From assembly GCA_934087065.1 (NCBI GenBank), contig CAKOIS010000004.1:419-64418 (forward strand): a stretch of 64,000 bases of DNA, read 5' to 3'. Made by a program: the position numbers and the translations under genes. Below are positions 1 to 9,686 of this stretch, piece by piece. A model generated the notes under the pieces. It worked only from the letters and a program-made list of their open reading frames with translations, searched no databases and was not told the origin of the DNA. The stretch comes from an uncultured Bacilli bacterium. Its GTDB lineage: Bacteria; Bacillota_I; Bacilli_A; RF39; UBA660. Position 1 is the stretch's first letter. Each line of letters starts with the position of its first letter.

Positions 1-515
1 CTCTACACAAAAACAATATAAATATTAAAGACGTTAACGTTGACTTATCAGTTGACTTTGCAAACCTAAGTGGAGCATATATTGGAAAACAAGGAGACTT
101 TGTTAACTTGTTTGAACCAAACGCATTAGCTTTAGAAAAAGAAGGTTATGGATGTGTACTTTCAAGCATCGGACTTATGAGTGGAGAACTTCCCTATACA
201 GTATTCCATGCTAAAAAAAGTTACATAGAAAACAATAAAGATACAATTAAAAAATTTACTAAAGGTATTCAAAAAGGTTTAGACTTCGTAAAAAATAATG
301 ATGCAACTAAAATTGCAGAAATTATAAAAAGTGAATTTACAAGTACTAGTTTTGAAGTCTTAGTAAGTGTTATAGAAAGATATAAAAACGCTGACAGTTG
401 GTGGGAAAGTACAGTTATCACTGAACGCGCATTTAATAATTTACTTGATTTAATGGAATACAATGGAGTGTTAGAAAGTACTGTTAATTATAACGACTTG
501 GTTTATAATGAATGA
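1..515 (+). CDS. ABC transporter substrate-binding protein, C-terminal part (NMT1/SsuA-like); open from window start
   Basis: Frame open from nt 3 with no start codon; sequence typical of aliphatic sulfonate/nitrate-type SBP; followed by cognate ATPase and permease genes. Confidence 0.6.
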   Translation, partial: LHKNNINIKDVNVDLSVDFANLSGAYIGKQGDFVNLFEPNALALEKEGYGCVLSSIGLMSGELPYTVFHAKKSYIENNKDTIKKFTKGIQKGLDFVKNNDATKIAEIIKSEFTSTSFEVLVSVIERYKNADSWWESTVITERAFNNLLDLMEYNGVLESTVNYNDLVYNE

Positions 516-1248
516 AATACTAAAAATTAAACACTTACACAAAACATATAACAGTATATCAAACGAAACACTAGCAGTAAGTGACACATCATTTACTGTA
601 TATGATGGGGAGTTTGTCTCTATAGTAGGCTCAAGTGGATGTGGAAAAAGTACCATACTAAACATAATTGCAGGACTAGATAACGACTACACTGGCTTAG
701 TTAAATTTAAAAGTGGCACAACAACAAGTTATATGCTACAAGACGATACCTTATTTCCTTGGTTAAATGTTCTTGACAATGCATTACTTGGTCTAAAAAT
801 ACAAAAGAAACTAACTATAGATAACATTAACTATGTTAAAAACTTACTTACTAAATATGGTCTAAAAGACTTCATGTACAAAAAAGTGACAGACCTAAGT
901 GGCGGTATGAAACAACGAGTAGCTCTAATTAGAACAATTGCTACAAAACCAAACCTAGTACTACTAGACGAACCCTTTAGTGCACTTGACTACCAAAACA
1001 GACTAAAAGTCAGTGTAGACGTATATAACATACTAAAAAAAGAAGGAATAACTACAATTATGGTAACTCATGACTTATCAGAAGCTCTAAGCATAAGTTC
1101 AAAAGTAATAGTAATGAGTAAAAGACCAACTAAAGTAAAGAATATCTATAACTTAGACTTTGACAAAAACCTATCTCCTTTAGAAAGAAGAAAAACTAGT
1201 ATATTTAACGAATACCTAGACTTACTATGGAGGGATATAGATGAGTGA
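508..1248 (+). CDS. ABC transporter ATP-binding protein (nitrate/sulfonate/taurine type)
   Basis: Walker A GSSGCGKST, ABC signature LSGGMKQRVAL, Walker B LLLDEPFSALD, H-loop; 8-nt overlap with upstream gene. Confidence 0.9.
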   Translation: MNEILKIKHLHKTYNSISNETLAVSDTSFTVYDGEFVSIVGSSGCGKSTILNIIAGLDNDYTGLVKFKSGTTTSYMLQDDTLFPWLNVLDNALLGLKIQKKLTIDNINYVKNLLTKYGLKDFMYKKVTDLSGGMKQRVALIRTIATKPNLVLLDEPFSALDYQNRLKVSVDVYNILKKEGITTIMVTHDLSEALSISSKVIVMSKRPTKVKNIYNLDFDKNLSPLERRKTSIFNEYLDLLWRDIDE

Positions 1249-2023
1249 TAGTAGAAAAAAATTCCTAAGATCCTACCGAAAGAACAAACTAATTATTAAA
1301 CTATCCCAAATATGCCTAGCATTATCTTTCTTACTAGTTTGGGAAGTATTAGCTAAATATGAAATAATAAACTCATTCATAACAAGTTCTCCTAGTAAAA
1401 TAGTAATAACAATAGTAAACTTATTTATAAAAGATAATCTAACATACCATATATTTGCAACATTATCAGAAACACTAATTGCTTTTATTATAACCCTAAT
1501 AATAAGTTTGACTTTAAGTATACTAATATATAAAAGTCCTACATTAGACAAAATAATAGACCCATATCTAACAGTAATAAATAGTTTACCTAAAGTAGCT
1601 TTAGGACCACTTCTAATAATATGGGTAGGGGCTAACTATAAAAGTATAATATTGATGGCTATTTTAATAAGTATAATTGTAAGCATACAATCAATTAGTA
1701 TAGGCTTTAAAAGTACTAACACAAATAGAATAAAACTACTTAAAAGTTTTAAAGCTACAGATAAAGACATACTAAAATATGTAGTAATACCAAGCAACTA
1801 TAAAATAATAATAAATAGCTGTAAAATAAATATAGGGCTATGTCTTATAGGTGTAATAATGGGAGAATTCCTAACAAGTAAAGCAGGCTTAGGTTACCTA
1901 ATACTTTATGGAAGTCAAGTATTTAACTTAAACCTAGTTATGAGTGGAATAATAATACTCTTAATAATATCAGTCATGCTTTACAAGATAATCACTACAA
2001 TAGAAAAACACTTAGATGTTTAA
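1241..2023 (+). CDS. ABC transporter permease (BPD-type, 6 TM)
   Basis: Hydrophobic; start overlaps the ATPase stop; operon context. Confidence 0.8.
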   Translation: MSDSRKKFLRSYRKNKLIIKLSQICLALSFLLVWEVLAKYEIINSFITSSPSKIVITIVNLFIKDNLTYHIFATLSETLIAFIITLIISLTLSILIYKSPTLDKIIDPYLTVINSLPKVALGPLLIIWVGANYKSIILMAILISIIVSIQSISIGFKSTNTNRIKLLKSFKATDKDILKYVVIPSNYKIIINSCKINIGLCLIGVIMGEFLTSKAGLGYLILYGSQVFNLNLVMSGIIILLIISVMLYKIITTIEKHLDV

Positions 2024-2028
2024 AACGA

Positions 2029-2075
2029 AGATAGGCGCGTCCGCCTAAAGGCGGATTATCTATCTCCGTTTTTTT
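2029..2075 (+). terminator. Rho-independent terminator of ABC operon
   Basis: GC-rich nested hairpin (gatag...tccgcc-taaa-ggcgga...ctatc) followed by T-run ccgttttttt. Confidence 0.8.
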
Positions 2076-2177
2076 CTTAATATCATATTATATAAACTAT
2101 AATTTAACCCTTAGATTACTTTATAGTAATTATATTAGTAAATTAATCGTTAGACACAGTTAAGTTAATGGGATCGT

Positions 2178-4109
2178 TTAGCATCCACTTGAAGTTTCAA
2201 CTATTTCATATGGTGTATCTGATGTCCCATTTCCTGTACTATATAGAGTGCAAGATTTGAGAGAAACTGCCGGACGCACACCGTACGCGTTGCTGACGTA
2301 GATGTGGCTCAAGCGGCCAGGGTTGGACGAACCGAACACGAAGAACACGTAAGCGCGGCTGCTATACCAAGCGTTAGGAGACAACAACCACCAGTAAGTT
2401 GAGCCTGTTGAGCTATAAGATGCATCTGTACTGCTAGAACTTGTTGTTAATGTTCCTTCCTTTGCATTCCTAAAATACCATGCATTTGCATTATAGTTTC
2501 CGGATATTCCACCTGCATAACTTATTTCATCTGCTGTCATTAATGCTATTGGGTATGTTAACTTTCCATTTCCTGCGCTACTATCTACTGTGAATTTGTC
2601 TTCTGTTGCTGCACAGTCATAACTTGGTGTTTTATTTGTTTCTAGTCTTGTGTCTGCTGCATAGTTAAATGATGAACTTACACTATATGTTCCATCAGTT
2701 ACACTTCTATCATTACAGTATACTGCTGTTGTACTTAAGTATTTTGTATAGTTAGTTTTTAGATTATTTTCATACCATGTATCTATTATTCCTTTTATTG
2801 TACTAGAATTTGTTTGATTTGTTCTATTATTTGCTTGTGAACCACTTGTTCCATACATATAGCCTACGTACATTGGGTCATTATATGTCTTATTGAACGC
2901 TGTACTTGAGCTTATATATGCATCAGTTGCTGTTGTGCTTGTTCCGTGGTATAGTAGTCTTACACTTCCATCTGAGTTTGTTCTTATTATTCTCCAGTAT
3001 AAGTCTTGATTACTTGCATTTTTTCCAAACTTTACCCAGTTTGTTGTTACGTTTCCAGCAAAATAATATACTGTTTTATTATCTTCTTTAGCTGTATAAA
3101 GTACTTGGTCTGTGCTATCAAATGCTGCGTTAAATGTTGTTCTATTTGTTGTTGCTATTCCTCTATCTGATAATAACTTAGCATATAATGTCGGTAAGAC
3201 TTCATATACACTACATATAGTTCCTTTTTGAACATTACTAAATTTAAGCGTACTTCCTGATACAGTTGGTGTTACATCATTAGTACAACTAATTGTTAAA
3301 TCGCTTAAAGTTTTAGATGTATTAGTTGGTGTTACTGTAAATTCTACATCTTCTCCCTTTAAAACTTGTTTTACATTCTTGTCAGCTGTAGCGTCTTTTA
3401 AATCTAACTCAATAGTTTTTAAATTACTATCAACATCACTACTGCTTCCACTAGGTAAGTATTCCCCTCTAGCACTTATTTGTGTTACAAAATATTTACC
3501 TTGACTAGCGTTAGTCGCGTCACTCTTAAGCCAAGCATATAATTTAAATGTTTTAGTTTCTCCTACAGCTATTAGTATATTTGATGCTATTTTATGGTTA
3601 CCGTCAGCATCAACATTAGCGCTATATAAAGTTGTTGTAGGAGTACTACTTCCTTCCCCAATAGCTATTTTAACTTCATCATCATTTACAAACTCACTAT
3701 ATTCTACCCCATCAGATATTATAGTACCTGCAGTTGGGTCTTTTTCTAAATATAAACTTACATATAATGGAATATCTCCATCATTAGTTAAAGTAAATAT
3801 ATAAGGCTTTAAATTACTCCAGTCACTTGCTGTAGATGGGTCACTTACGGGATATATCTTACTATAAACAGTATTACCATTAGCATCTTTTTCAGTTCCT
3901 ATAACATTACCTATATCACTTATAGTACTATTACAAGTACTATCTTTACAAAAAGCTAAAGAAATATCTCCAAACTTAATTGTATCAGTACTTCCTGTAG
4001 TATCTACTTTAAAAATTGCATAACTCATTGCAATAAAAACCAAACTAACTATAGCTACAACACCAATAGTTATTTTAATTTCTCTATTAATCATACCTTT
4101 TAGTCCCAT
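2178..4109 (-). CDS. Secreted surface protein: SipW-cognate signal peptide + TasA/camelysin-like N-terminal domain + ~330-aa C-terminal domain of unknown family (paralogue of 44540-47221)
   Basis: N-terminus ...AMSYAIFKVDTTGSTDTIKFGDISL resembles the TasA/CalY signal and mature start (A-F-x-D ... FxxGTLDL); SNLKPYIFTLTNDGDIPL resembles TasA SNLKPGDKLTKDFQFENNGSL; sipW-type gene lies upstream in the same strand; C-terminal region aligns with the 898-aa protein. Confidence 0.6.
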   Translation of the reverse strand: MGLKGMINREIKITIGVVAIVSLVFIAMSYAIFKVDTTGSTDTIKFGDISLAFCKDSTCNSTISDIGNVIGTEKDANGNTVYSKIYPVSDPSTASDWSNLKPYIFTLTNDGDIPLYVSLYLEKDPTAGTIISDGVEYSEFVNDDEVKIAIGEGSSTPTTTLYSANVDADGNHKIASNILIAVGETKTFKLYAWLKSDATNASQGKYFVTQISARGEYLPSGSSSDVDSNLKTIELDLKDATADKNVKQVLKGEDVEFTVTPTNTSKTLSDLTISCTNDVTPTVSGSTLKFSNVQKGTICSVYEVLPTLYAKLLSDRGIATTNRTTFNAAFDSTDQVLYTAKEDNKTVYYFAGNVTTNWVKFGKNASNQDLYWRIIRTNSDGSVRLLYHGTSTTATDAYISSSTAFNKTYNDPMYVGYMYGTSGSQANNRTNQTNSSTIKGIIDTWYENNLKTNYTKYLSTTAVYCNDRSVTDGTYSVSSSFNYAADTRLETNKTPSYDCAATEDKFTVDSSAGNGKLTYPIALMTADEISYAGGISGNYNANAWYFRNAKEGTLTTSSSSTDASYSSTGSTYWWLLSPNAWYSSRAYVFFVFGSSNPGRLSHIYVSNAYGVRPAVSLKSCTLYSTGNGTSDTPYEIVETSSGC

Positions 4110-4203
4110 TTATATCACCAACTTATTATCTTCTAATATAATAATTATAAAATAATTTTTTAATTTAATCAAGTAGGTATATACAAAAAAGAAATGTTTT
4201 TTA

Positions 4204-4659
4204 TTACATTTCTTGAATATTAAAAGATATTTCTACATTATTATATAAAGTTATACTATATTCTTTAGTTTCTTTTTTATTGATAATATTATTATCTAAT
4301 ATATAATAAGTAATATTATTAGATTTATAATTATCTAAATTTTCTAAATAAGTTAAGTTATCTAAATATTTTATTTTTAAGTCGTTTTTATTTAAGTTAT
4401 AACTATCTTTCACTCCTAAATATAAAAGATATTCTTTTTTATTTACATCGCTATTACTAACTTCTAAAGTTACACCTTTCTCATCTTCTTTTAATATAAC
4501 TTCTAGTCCTTCTCCATTATTAGCATATCTACTTGCTATAGTAGAATATTTAGACAAATCAATTTTACCCCACGCTATATATGTTAGAACAAGAATAACT
4601 AACATAAATGCTATTTCTGAAACTAAATAAATAATTTTTTTATTGATACTTTCAACCAT
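4204..4659 (-). CDS. Small N-terminally membrane-anchored protein in sipW operon (possible TapA-like accessory/anchor)
   Basis: Single N-terminal TM, Asn/Lys-rich extracellular part; sits between sipW-like and TasA-like genes. Confidence 0.4.
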   Translation of the reverse strand: MVESINKKIIYLVSEIAFMLVILVLTYIAWGKIDLSKYSTIASRYANNGEGLEVILKEDEKGVTLEVSNSDVNKKEYLLYLGVKDSYNLNKNDLKIKYLDNLTYLENLDNYKSNNITYYILDNNIINKKETKEYSITLYNNVEISFNIQEM

Positions 4660-4733
4660 AATACCACCCTTATTGATTCTATATTGTATATTGCTAACTA
4701 AGAAAAGTCAAGAAAAAAAACGCCCATCGTGCG

Positions 4734-5420
4734 TTAATTTATTTTCTTAGGTCTACCTCTTTTAGGTTTAGGTTTCTCTTCCATTTTTTCTTTTCTTCTT
4801 CTAGTTGGTAAATCATCTTCTTGTTCTTCTTCTAATTCTTGCATTTTATTTCTTACTTTAATTAGTTTTAATAATTTCATAATATCATAGATTATTACAC
4901 CCATCGCAGGAATAAGTATTACAGTAAACCAACCAAACTTACTAGCTAAGAAGAATTGTACTCTTCCAAGTTGTGGTATTACAAATCTAACTTTACCTAT
5001 AACTTGACTTTGGTCAATCATCTCGTTATCCATAACAGGGTTAGCATCTCCCTTAGTTCTAAATACTATACCATTATTAGTAACATGTTTTTCAACAACT
5101 CTGTGTGTTATTGGAGTTGAACCAAAGAATGAATTAGTACTATAATATGATATAACATCATTTATTTGAATATCTTCTGGATCCATTTTAGCTACAAACA
5201 CAACATCATAAACTGCTATATCAGGTGTCATACTAGGACTTATAATAGTATATAAACCAAGTGGTTGCCTTTGTCCCTTAGCCTGCGCTATTTTATTAAT
5301 TGCAATATATGACAATAAAAACGCACCAATTAAACACAAAATAGCCATAACACACCAAGAAATAGTCTTAGCTATTAAATAAATTACTCCCCTTTGTTTT
5401 TTCTCTTTCATATCTTCCAC
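4734..5420 (-). CDS. sipW: Type I signal peptidase, SipW-like (ER/archaeal type, S26B) with basic C-terminal tail
   Basis: N-terminal TM, catalytic-Ser motif ISPSMTPDI (SipW-type SxSM), C-terminal TM, tail ...KPKPKRGRPKK. Confidence 0.7.
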   Translation of the reverse strand: MEDMKEKKQRGVIYLIAKTISWCVMAILCLIGAFLLSYIAINKIAQAKGQRQPLGLYTIISPSMTPDIAVYDVVFVAKMDPEDIQINDVISYYSTNSFFGSTPITHRVVEKHVTNNGIVFRTKGDANPVMDNEMIDQSQVIGKVRFVIPQLGRVQFFLASKFGWFTVILIPAMGVIIYDIMKLLKLIKVRNKMQELEEEQEDDLPTRRRKEKMEEKPKPKRGRPKKIN

Positions 5421-5587
5421 CTACTATAATTTATTATATAAGATTTTCTTTATTTATACAAGGTAGTTTTTACTATATTTGACAAAATATGACAAATATT
5501 AGCAATAAATAGTACTCGTAAAACACAAAAGTAAATTTATTTTACAAGTAATACATATTTGCAAGAGGAATGATACATATTTATAAT

Positions 5588-5636
5588 ATACAAAAACAAA
5601 GTAAGCTTACTTTTGCTCACTTTGTTTTTTACTATA
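5588..5636 (-). terminator. Bidirectional hairpin terminator at the 3' end of queH
   Basis: aaacaaagt ... actttgttt 9-bp stem flanked by A-run and T-run; overlaps last queH codons. Confidence 0.45.
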
Positions 5637-6209
5637 TATACATCCACAATAGTTTTGTCTATATAAGTTATATTTTTTAGATAATTCCATAGATAATTTA
5701 TATCCTTCTTTTTTCTTAAAGTCTGAATATAAGAATTTTACTTTTGTTAATTCTTCTATATCTTTTCCAATAGCATTTAACACTTGACTATTTTTATATG
5801 GGCTTACTGTTAAAGTAGTACCGAAATATAGAAAGTTATTTTCTTTTGCAGTAAGTGCAGTTTTAATTAGTCTTAATTCATAACATTTATGGCATCTATA
5901 ACCACCCTCAGGTAAATCTTCAAGTCCTTTTGACATGCTTTTAAACTTTTCATTCTCATAGTCACAGTCTAAAAACTTAATGCCAAACTCACTAACTATT
6001 CTTTTTTGTTCTTCTTTTCTTTTTAAGTATTCTTCTAATGGTTCAATATTTGGGTTATAGTAAAATATTGTTACATCAAAATAATCTTTTAATCTTGTTA
6101 TTACAGCAGTAGAGCATGGTGCACAGCAAGAGTGTAAAAGTATAGAAGGCTTACGCCCATTTAACTTGGTAATTATCTCATCCAATACTTTATCATAATT
6201 AGTTTTCAT
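5607..6209 (-). CDS. queH: Epoxyqueuosine reductase QueH (DUF208)
   Basis: LLHSCCAPCS motif and C-terminal CGC cysteines characteristic of QueH. Confidence 0.8.
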   Translation of the reverse strand: MKTNYDKVLDEIITKLNGRKPSILLHSCCAPCSTAVITRLKDYFDVTIFYYNPNIEPLEEYLKRKEEQKRIVSEFGIKFLDCDYENEKFKSMSKGLEDLPEGGYRCHKCYELRLIKTALTAKENNFLYFGTTLTVSPYKNSQVLNAIGKDIEELTKVKFLYSDFKKKEGYKLSMELSKKYNLYRQNYCGCIYSKKQSEQK

Positions 6210-6215
6210 AATTAC

Positions 6216-8030
6216 CTACTTTTGTTTTTTAGCATCTTCTTTTTTTCTAAGTTCAGTATTTAATATTTTCTTTCTTAATCTAAAACTCTTTGGAGTAACT
6301 TCTACAAGTTCATCAGTATTAATATAGTCTAATGCTATTTCTAGAGTTAATTGTCTAGGTCTTTTAAGTACAACAGTATGGTCTTTACTAGCACTTCTTG
6401 TATTAGTTAAGTTTTTAGCTTTAGTTACATTTACTGCTAAATCGTTATCTCTATTATTTTCTCCAACTATCATACCTTCATATACTTCTGTACCTGGTTC
6501 AATAAACATGATACCACGGTCTTCTAAAGCACCTAAACCATATGCAGTAGCTTTTCCGTTTTCCATAGATACAAGTACACCTAGTTTTCTTTCTCCAACT
6601 GGATTAGGGTTAACTGGTCCATATTCTTTAAATGTATGATTTATTATTCCGTAACCTTTAGTTAAAATTAAGAATTCGTTAACAAAACCAATTAAACCTC
6701 TAGATGGTACTAAGTATTCAAGCTTAGTATTAGTTTCAAAAGATTTCATGTTAATCATTTGACCATCACGACTTGCCAAACTTTCTATTACTGCTCCCAC
6801 AGTGTCTGTTGGTGCTTCTATTAAAACTTCTTCGTATGGCTCACATTGAACTCCATCTATTTCTTTTACAATTACTTCTGGTTTTGATACTTGAAGTTCA
6901 AAACCTTCTCTTCTCATGTTTTCAATTAATATTGATAAGTGTAACTCTCCACGTCCACTTACTATCCAGTTTTCTGCATCTTTTTGTTCAACTCTTAAAG
7001 ATACATCTTTTTCTAGTTCTTTCATTAATCTTTCTTCTATTTTTCTAGCAGTAAGTAGTTTACCTTCTTTACCAGAGAAAGGACTTGTGTTAACTCCGAA
7101 TGTCATTTTTAATGTAGGCTCTTCTATTCTAAGGACAGGAAGAGCGTCTTCTTTTCCTATTTCACAAACTGTTTCACCAACTGAAATGTCAGGAAGTCCA
7201 GATATACCAACTATTTCTCCAGCTGATGCACTTTCTATTTCTTCTCTTTTTATTCCAGTAAAACCAAATAATTTTTGTATTCTAAATTGTTTAATACTAC
7301 CATCTAATCTTACACATGAAACCATTTCTCCAGTTTTAACTGTACCATTAGCAATAGTACCTACACCAATTCTTCCAACATAATCGTTATAGTCTAAAAG
7401 TGCTGGTTGGAATTGTAATGGGGCATTCACGTCTCCCTTTGGTTCAGGTATAGTGTTAATAATTGTTTCAAATATTGGGTCCATTGTGTGTTTTTGTGTT
7501 GATAAGTCTTCATTATAACTACTAGTTCCATTTAGTGCACTTGCATAAATTATAGGAAAATCTATTTGCTCATCACTTGCACCTAAGTCAATAAATAACT
7601 CAAGTACTTCATCAATTACTTCACTAATTCTTACATTTTCTCTATCAACTTTGTTAATAACTACTATTGGTTTTAAATTAGCTTCTAATGCTTTTTTAAG
7701 AACAAATCTTGTTTGAGGCATAGTACCTTCTCTAGCATCAACTAGTAAGATTACACCATCAACCATATGCATTATTCTTTCAACTTCTCCACCAAAGTCA
7801 GCATGTCCTGGTGTATCAACTATATTAATTTTATAATCTTTATAATGTACACCAGTTGTTTTGGCTAAAATTGTTATTCCTCTTTCTTTTTCTATATCAT
7901 TTGAGTCCATTACTCTTTTATCATGTGTTTCATTTTCTCTAAAAGTTCCACTTTGATTTAATAATTCGTCTACTAATGTAGTTTTACCATGATCAACGTG
8001 TGCTATTATTGCAACATTTCTTAATTTCAT
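6216..8030 (-). CDS. typA: Translational GTPase TypA/BipA
   Basis: [16 protein letters not shown]1, DTPGHADF G3, NKVD G4; 604 aa EF-G-like architecture. Confidence 0.95.
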   Translation of the reverse strand: MKLRNVAIIAHVDHGKTTLVDELLNQSGTFRENETHDKRVMDSNDIEKERGITILAKTTGVHYKDYKINIVDTPGHADFGGEVERIMHMVDGVILLVDAREGTMPQTRFVLKKALEANLKPIVVINKVDRENVRISEVIDEVLELFIDLGASDEQIDFPIIYASALNGTSSYNEDLSTQKHTMDPIFETIINTIPEPKGDVNAPLQFQPALLDYNDYVGRIGVGTIANGTVKTGEMVSCVRLDGSIKQFRIQKLFGFTGIKREEIESASAGEIVGISGLPDISVGETVCEIGKEDALPVLRIEEPTLKMTFGVNTSPFSGKEGKLLTARKIEERLMKELEKDVSLRVEQKDAENWIVSGRGELHLSILIENMRREGFELQVSKPEVIVKEIDGVQCEPYEEVLIEAPTDTVGAVIESLASRDGQMINMKSFETNTKLEYLVPSRGLIGFVNEFLILTKGYGIINHTFKEYGPVNPNPVGERKLGVLVSMENGKATAYGLGALEDRGIMFIEPGTEVYEGMIVGENNRDNDLAVNVTKAKNLTNTRSASKDHTVVLKRPRQLTLEIALDYINTDELVEVTPKSFRLRKKILNTELRKKEDAKKQK

Positions 8031-8147
8031 ACTTCTTTCACTCCTTAAAAACCTAGTGTATTATATCACTAAATAGGTATTCTTGTAAAGAAAAATGTAA
8101 CAATTTTGTTACATTTAATGTCCAAAGTGTAAAAAATAAAATGTCAG

Positions 8148-8193
8148 ATTTTCACCACATAATACCAATATACGGTATTTTATGGTGAAAATC
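8148..8193 (-). terminator. Hairpin terminator downstream of ltaS-like gene (U-tracts on both sides)
   Basis: gattttcacca ... tggtgaaaatc 10-11-bp stem with structured loop; T-rich on both flanks. Confidence 0.55.
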
Positions 8194-8203
8194 AAGTGTT
8201 TTT

Positions 8204-9622
8204 TTATTCTTTTACAGCCTTTTTCTTTAACTCACTATCTAAATATTCTAGTCCTTTACTTTCAGCTAATGTTTCTTCACCGCTATATAAATCAACTCCA
8301 AAGCCAAGTTTATTTCCTTCGATACTAGCCCCTATACTAGATAATATTGTAGGATACATATCATAATTAGTAAATACTCTATTTTTATTATTAGATATCT
8401 TTTTACCACTATTTATAAACACATTATAAATACTTCTTTTATCACTATCATATCCATTAAAATAACTATTTTGCATAGTATAATGGTCTCCTAGTAATAC
8501 AATAGTAGTATCTTTATAAAAATCTTGCTCTTTAACCCAATTAACAAACTCTAATATCTGTTTACTAGAACAAGCATAAACATTAGATAATTGATCTTCA
8601 AACTCCCTATTGCACTCGCCATCTAAATATCCATCTTTAAAATGAGTATCCATTGTATACATAGTAACAGCAAAAGGTTCACCTTTTTTAAAAGTTTCTA
8701 ATATCTCTTTTTTAGATATCTCAAACATCTTCTTATCTTCAATACCCCACCACTTTAAATAACCTTTAGGAACATAACCCTTTTTAATCATTTCATTATA
8801 ATCTACTATTTCATAATCTCCATGTATTTTATAATATTGGTCAGTCGCTGAAAAATTAATATCAGTTCCTTGAATAACTTTTAAATTATAGCCGTTTTCT
8901 TTTAATATATCCCCAAGTGTTTTAACTTCCGGCATAATCTTATTTCTCTCATTATATCCACCAAAAAACTTTATATCAAGAGGTGTTCCACTGGAACTTG
9001 CTACTAAACTAGCCATTGTAAAACTACTCACTGTTAAATTTTTCCCACCACCTAATTTATCTGTATTAGAAAAGTTATCATTTTCTAGTGCTAAAGTTTC
9101 TAATTCTAATATTCTTGATTTATTAAAGAGTCCACCATTTTCTTTACTCATCAAACTACTCTCAACACTCTCTAAATATATAAGAATTAAATTCCTCTTT
9201 TTACCTTTAAAACTCACATTAACTTTATTAGTATCTTTATAATATTTATAAATATCACTATTTTTACTTTTATTTATTACATAATCATCAAACTGGTAAC
9301 TATGTAGTGTTAATATTACACAAAAACAGAATAAACTTATAGCATATATTTTAATGAATTTCTTAAAAGAAAACCACTTAAAATGCTTAACTAAAATTAT
9401 AGGTAAAACCGTTACAATTATAGAAATCAGAGCAAAAGGAATGCAAGTTATTATTGTATCAATAACAACTTTAAAACTTCCACTTCCTGCTTTCCCATTA
9501 AATAAATAATATGTTAATTGATAAAAATTAGAGTTAAGCATAACTTTCTTAACATAATAAACTGCACTCAATAAAACATTTGAAATAATAATTAATACTA
9601 CAAATACTGCCATAAACTTCAC
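8204..9622 (-). CDS. LtaS-family sulfatase-domain membrane protein (short paralogue)
   Basis: N-terminal TM helices + extracellular sulfatase/alkaline-phosphatase-like domain resembling the full-length LtaS at 57987-59954. Confidence 0.6.
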   Translation of the reverse strand: MKFMAVFVVLIIISNVLLSAVYYVKKVMLNSNFYQLTYYLFNGKAGSGSFKVVIDTIITCIPFALISIIVTVLPIILVKHFKWFSFKKFIKIYAISLFCFCVILTLHSYQFDDYVINKSKNSDIYKYYKDTNKVNVSFKGKKRNLILIYLESVESSLMSKENGGLFNKSRILELETLALENDNFSNTDKLGGGKNLTVSSFTMASLVASSSGTPLDIKFFGGYNERNKIMPEVKTLGDILKENGYNLKVIQGTDINFSATDQYYKIHGDYEIVDYNEMIKKGYVPKGYLKWWGIEDKKMFEISKKEILETFKKGEPFAVTMYTMDTHFKDGYLDGECNREFEDQLSNVYACSSKQILEFVNWVKEQDFYKDTTIVLLGDHYTMQNSYFNGYDSDKRSIYNVFINSGKKISNNKNRVFTNYDMYPTILSSIGASIEGNKLGFGVDLYSGEETLAESKGLEYLDSELKKKAVKE

Positions 9623-9686
9623 CTTTTATACACTATATTCTATCAAATTTCACACAAAAATAAAAGAGCATTATTTAAATTGTGTA

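Noticed and set aside
6773-7383. ORFs 6773-7048 (+) and 6916-7383 (+) antisense to typA, and similar antisense ORFs inside gpsA, wecA-like, rnr, dusB, lysS, clpC-like, parB, abgT and ftsH
   Set aside because: Low-complexity Leu/Ser/Phe-rich translations lying entirely within well-supported conserved genes on the opposite strand; typical shadow ORFs of AT-rich DNA.
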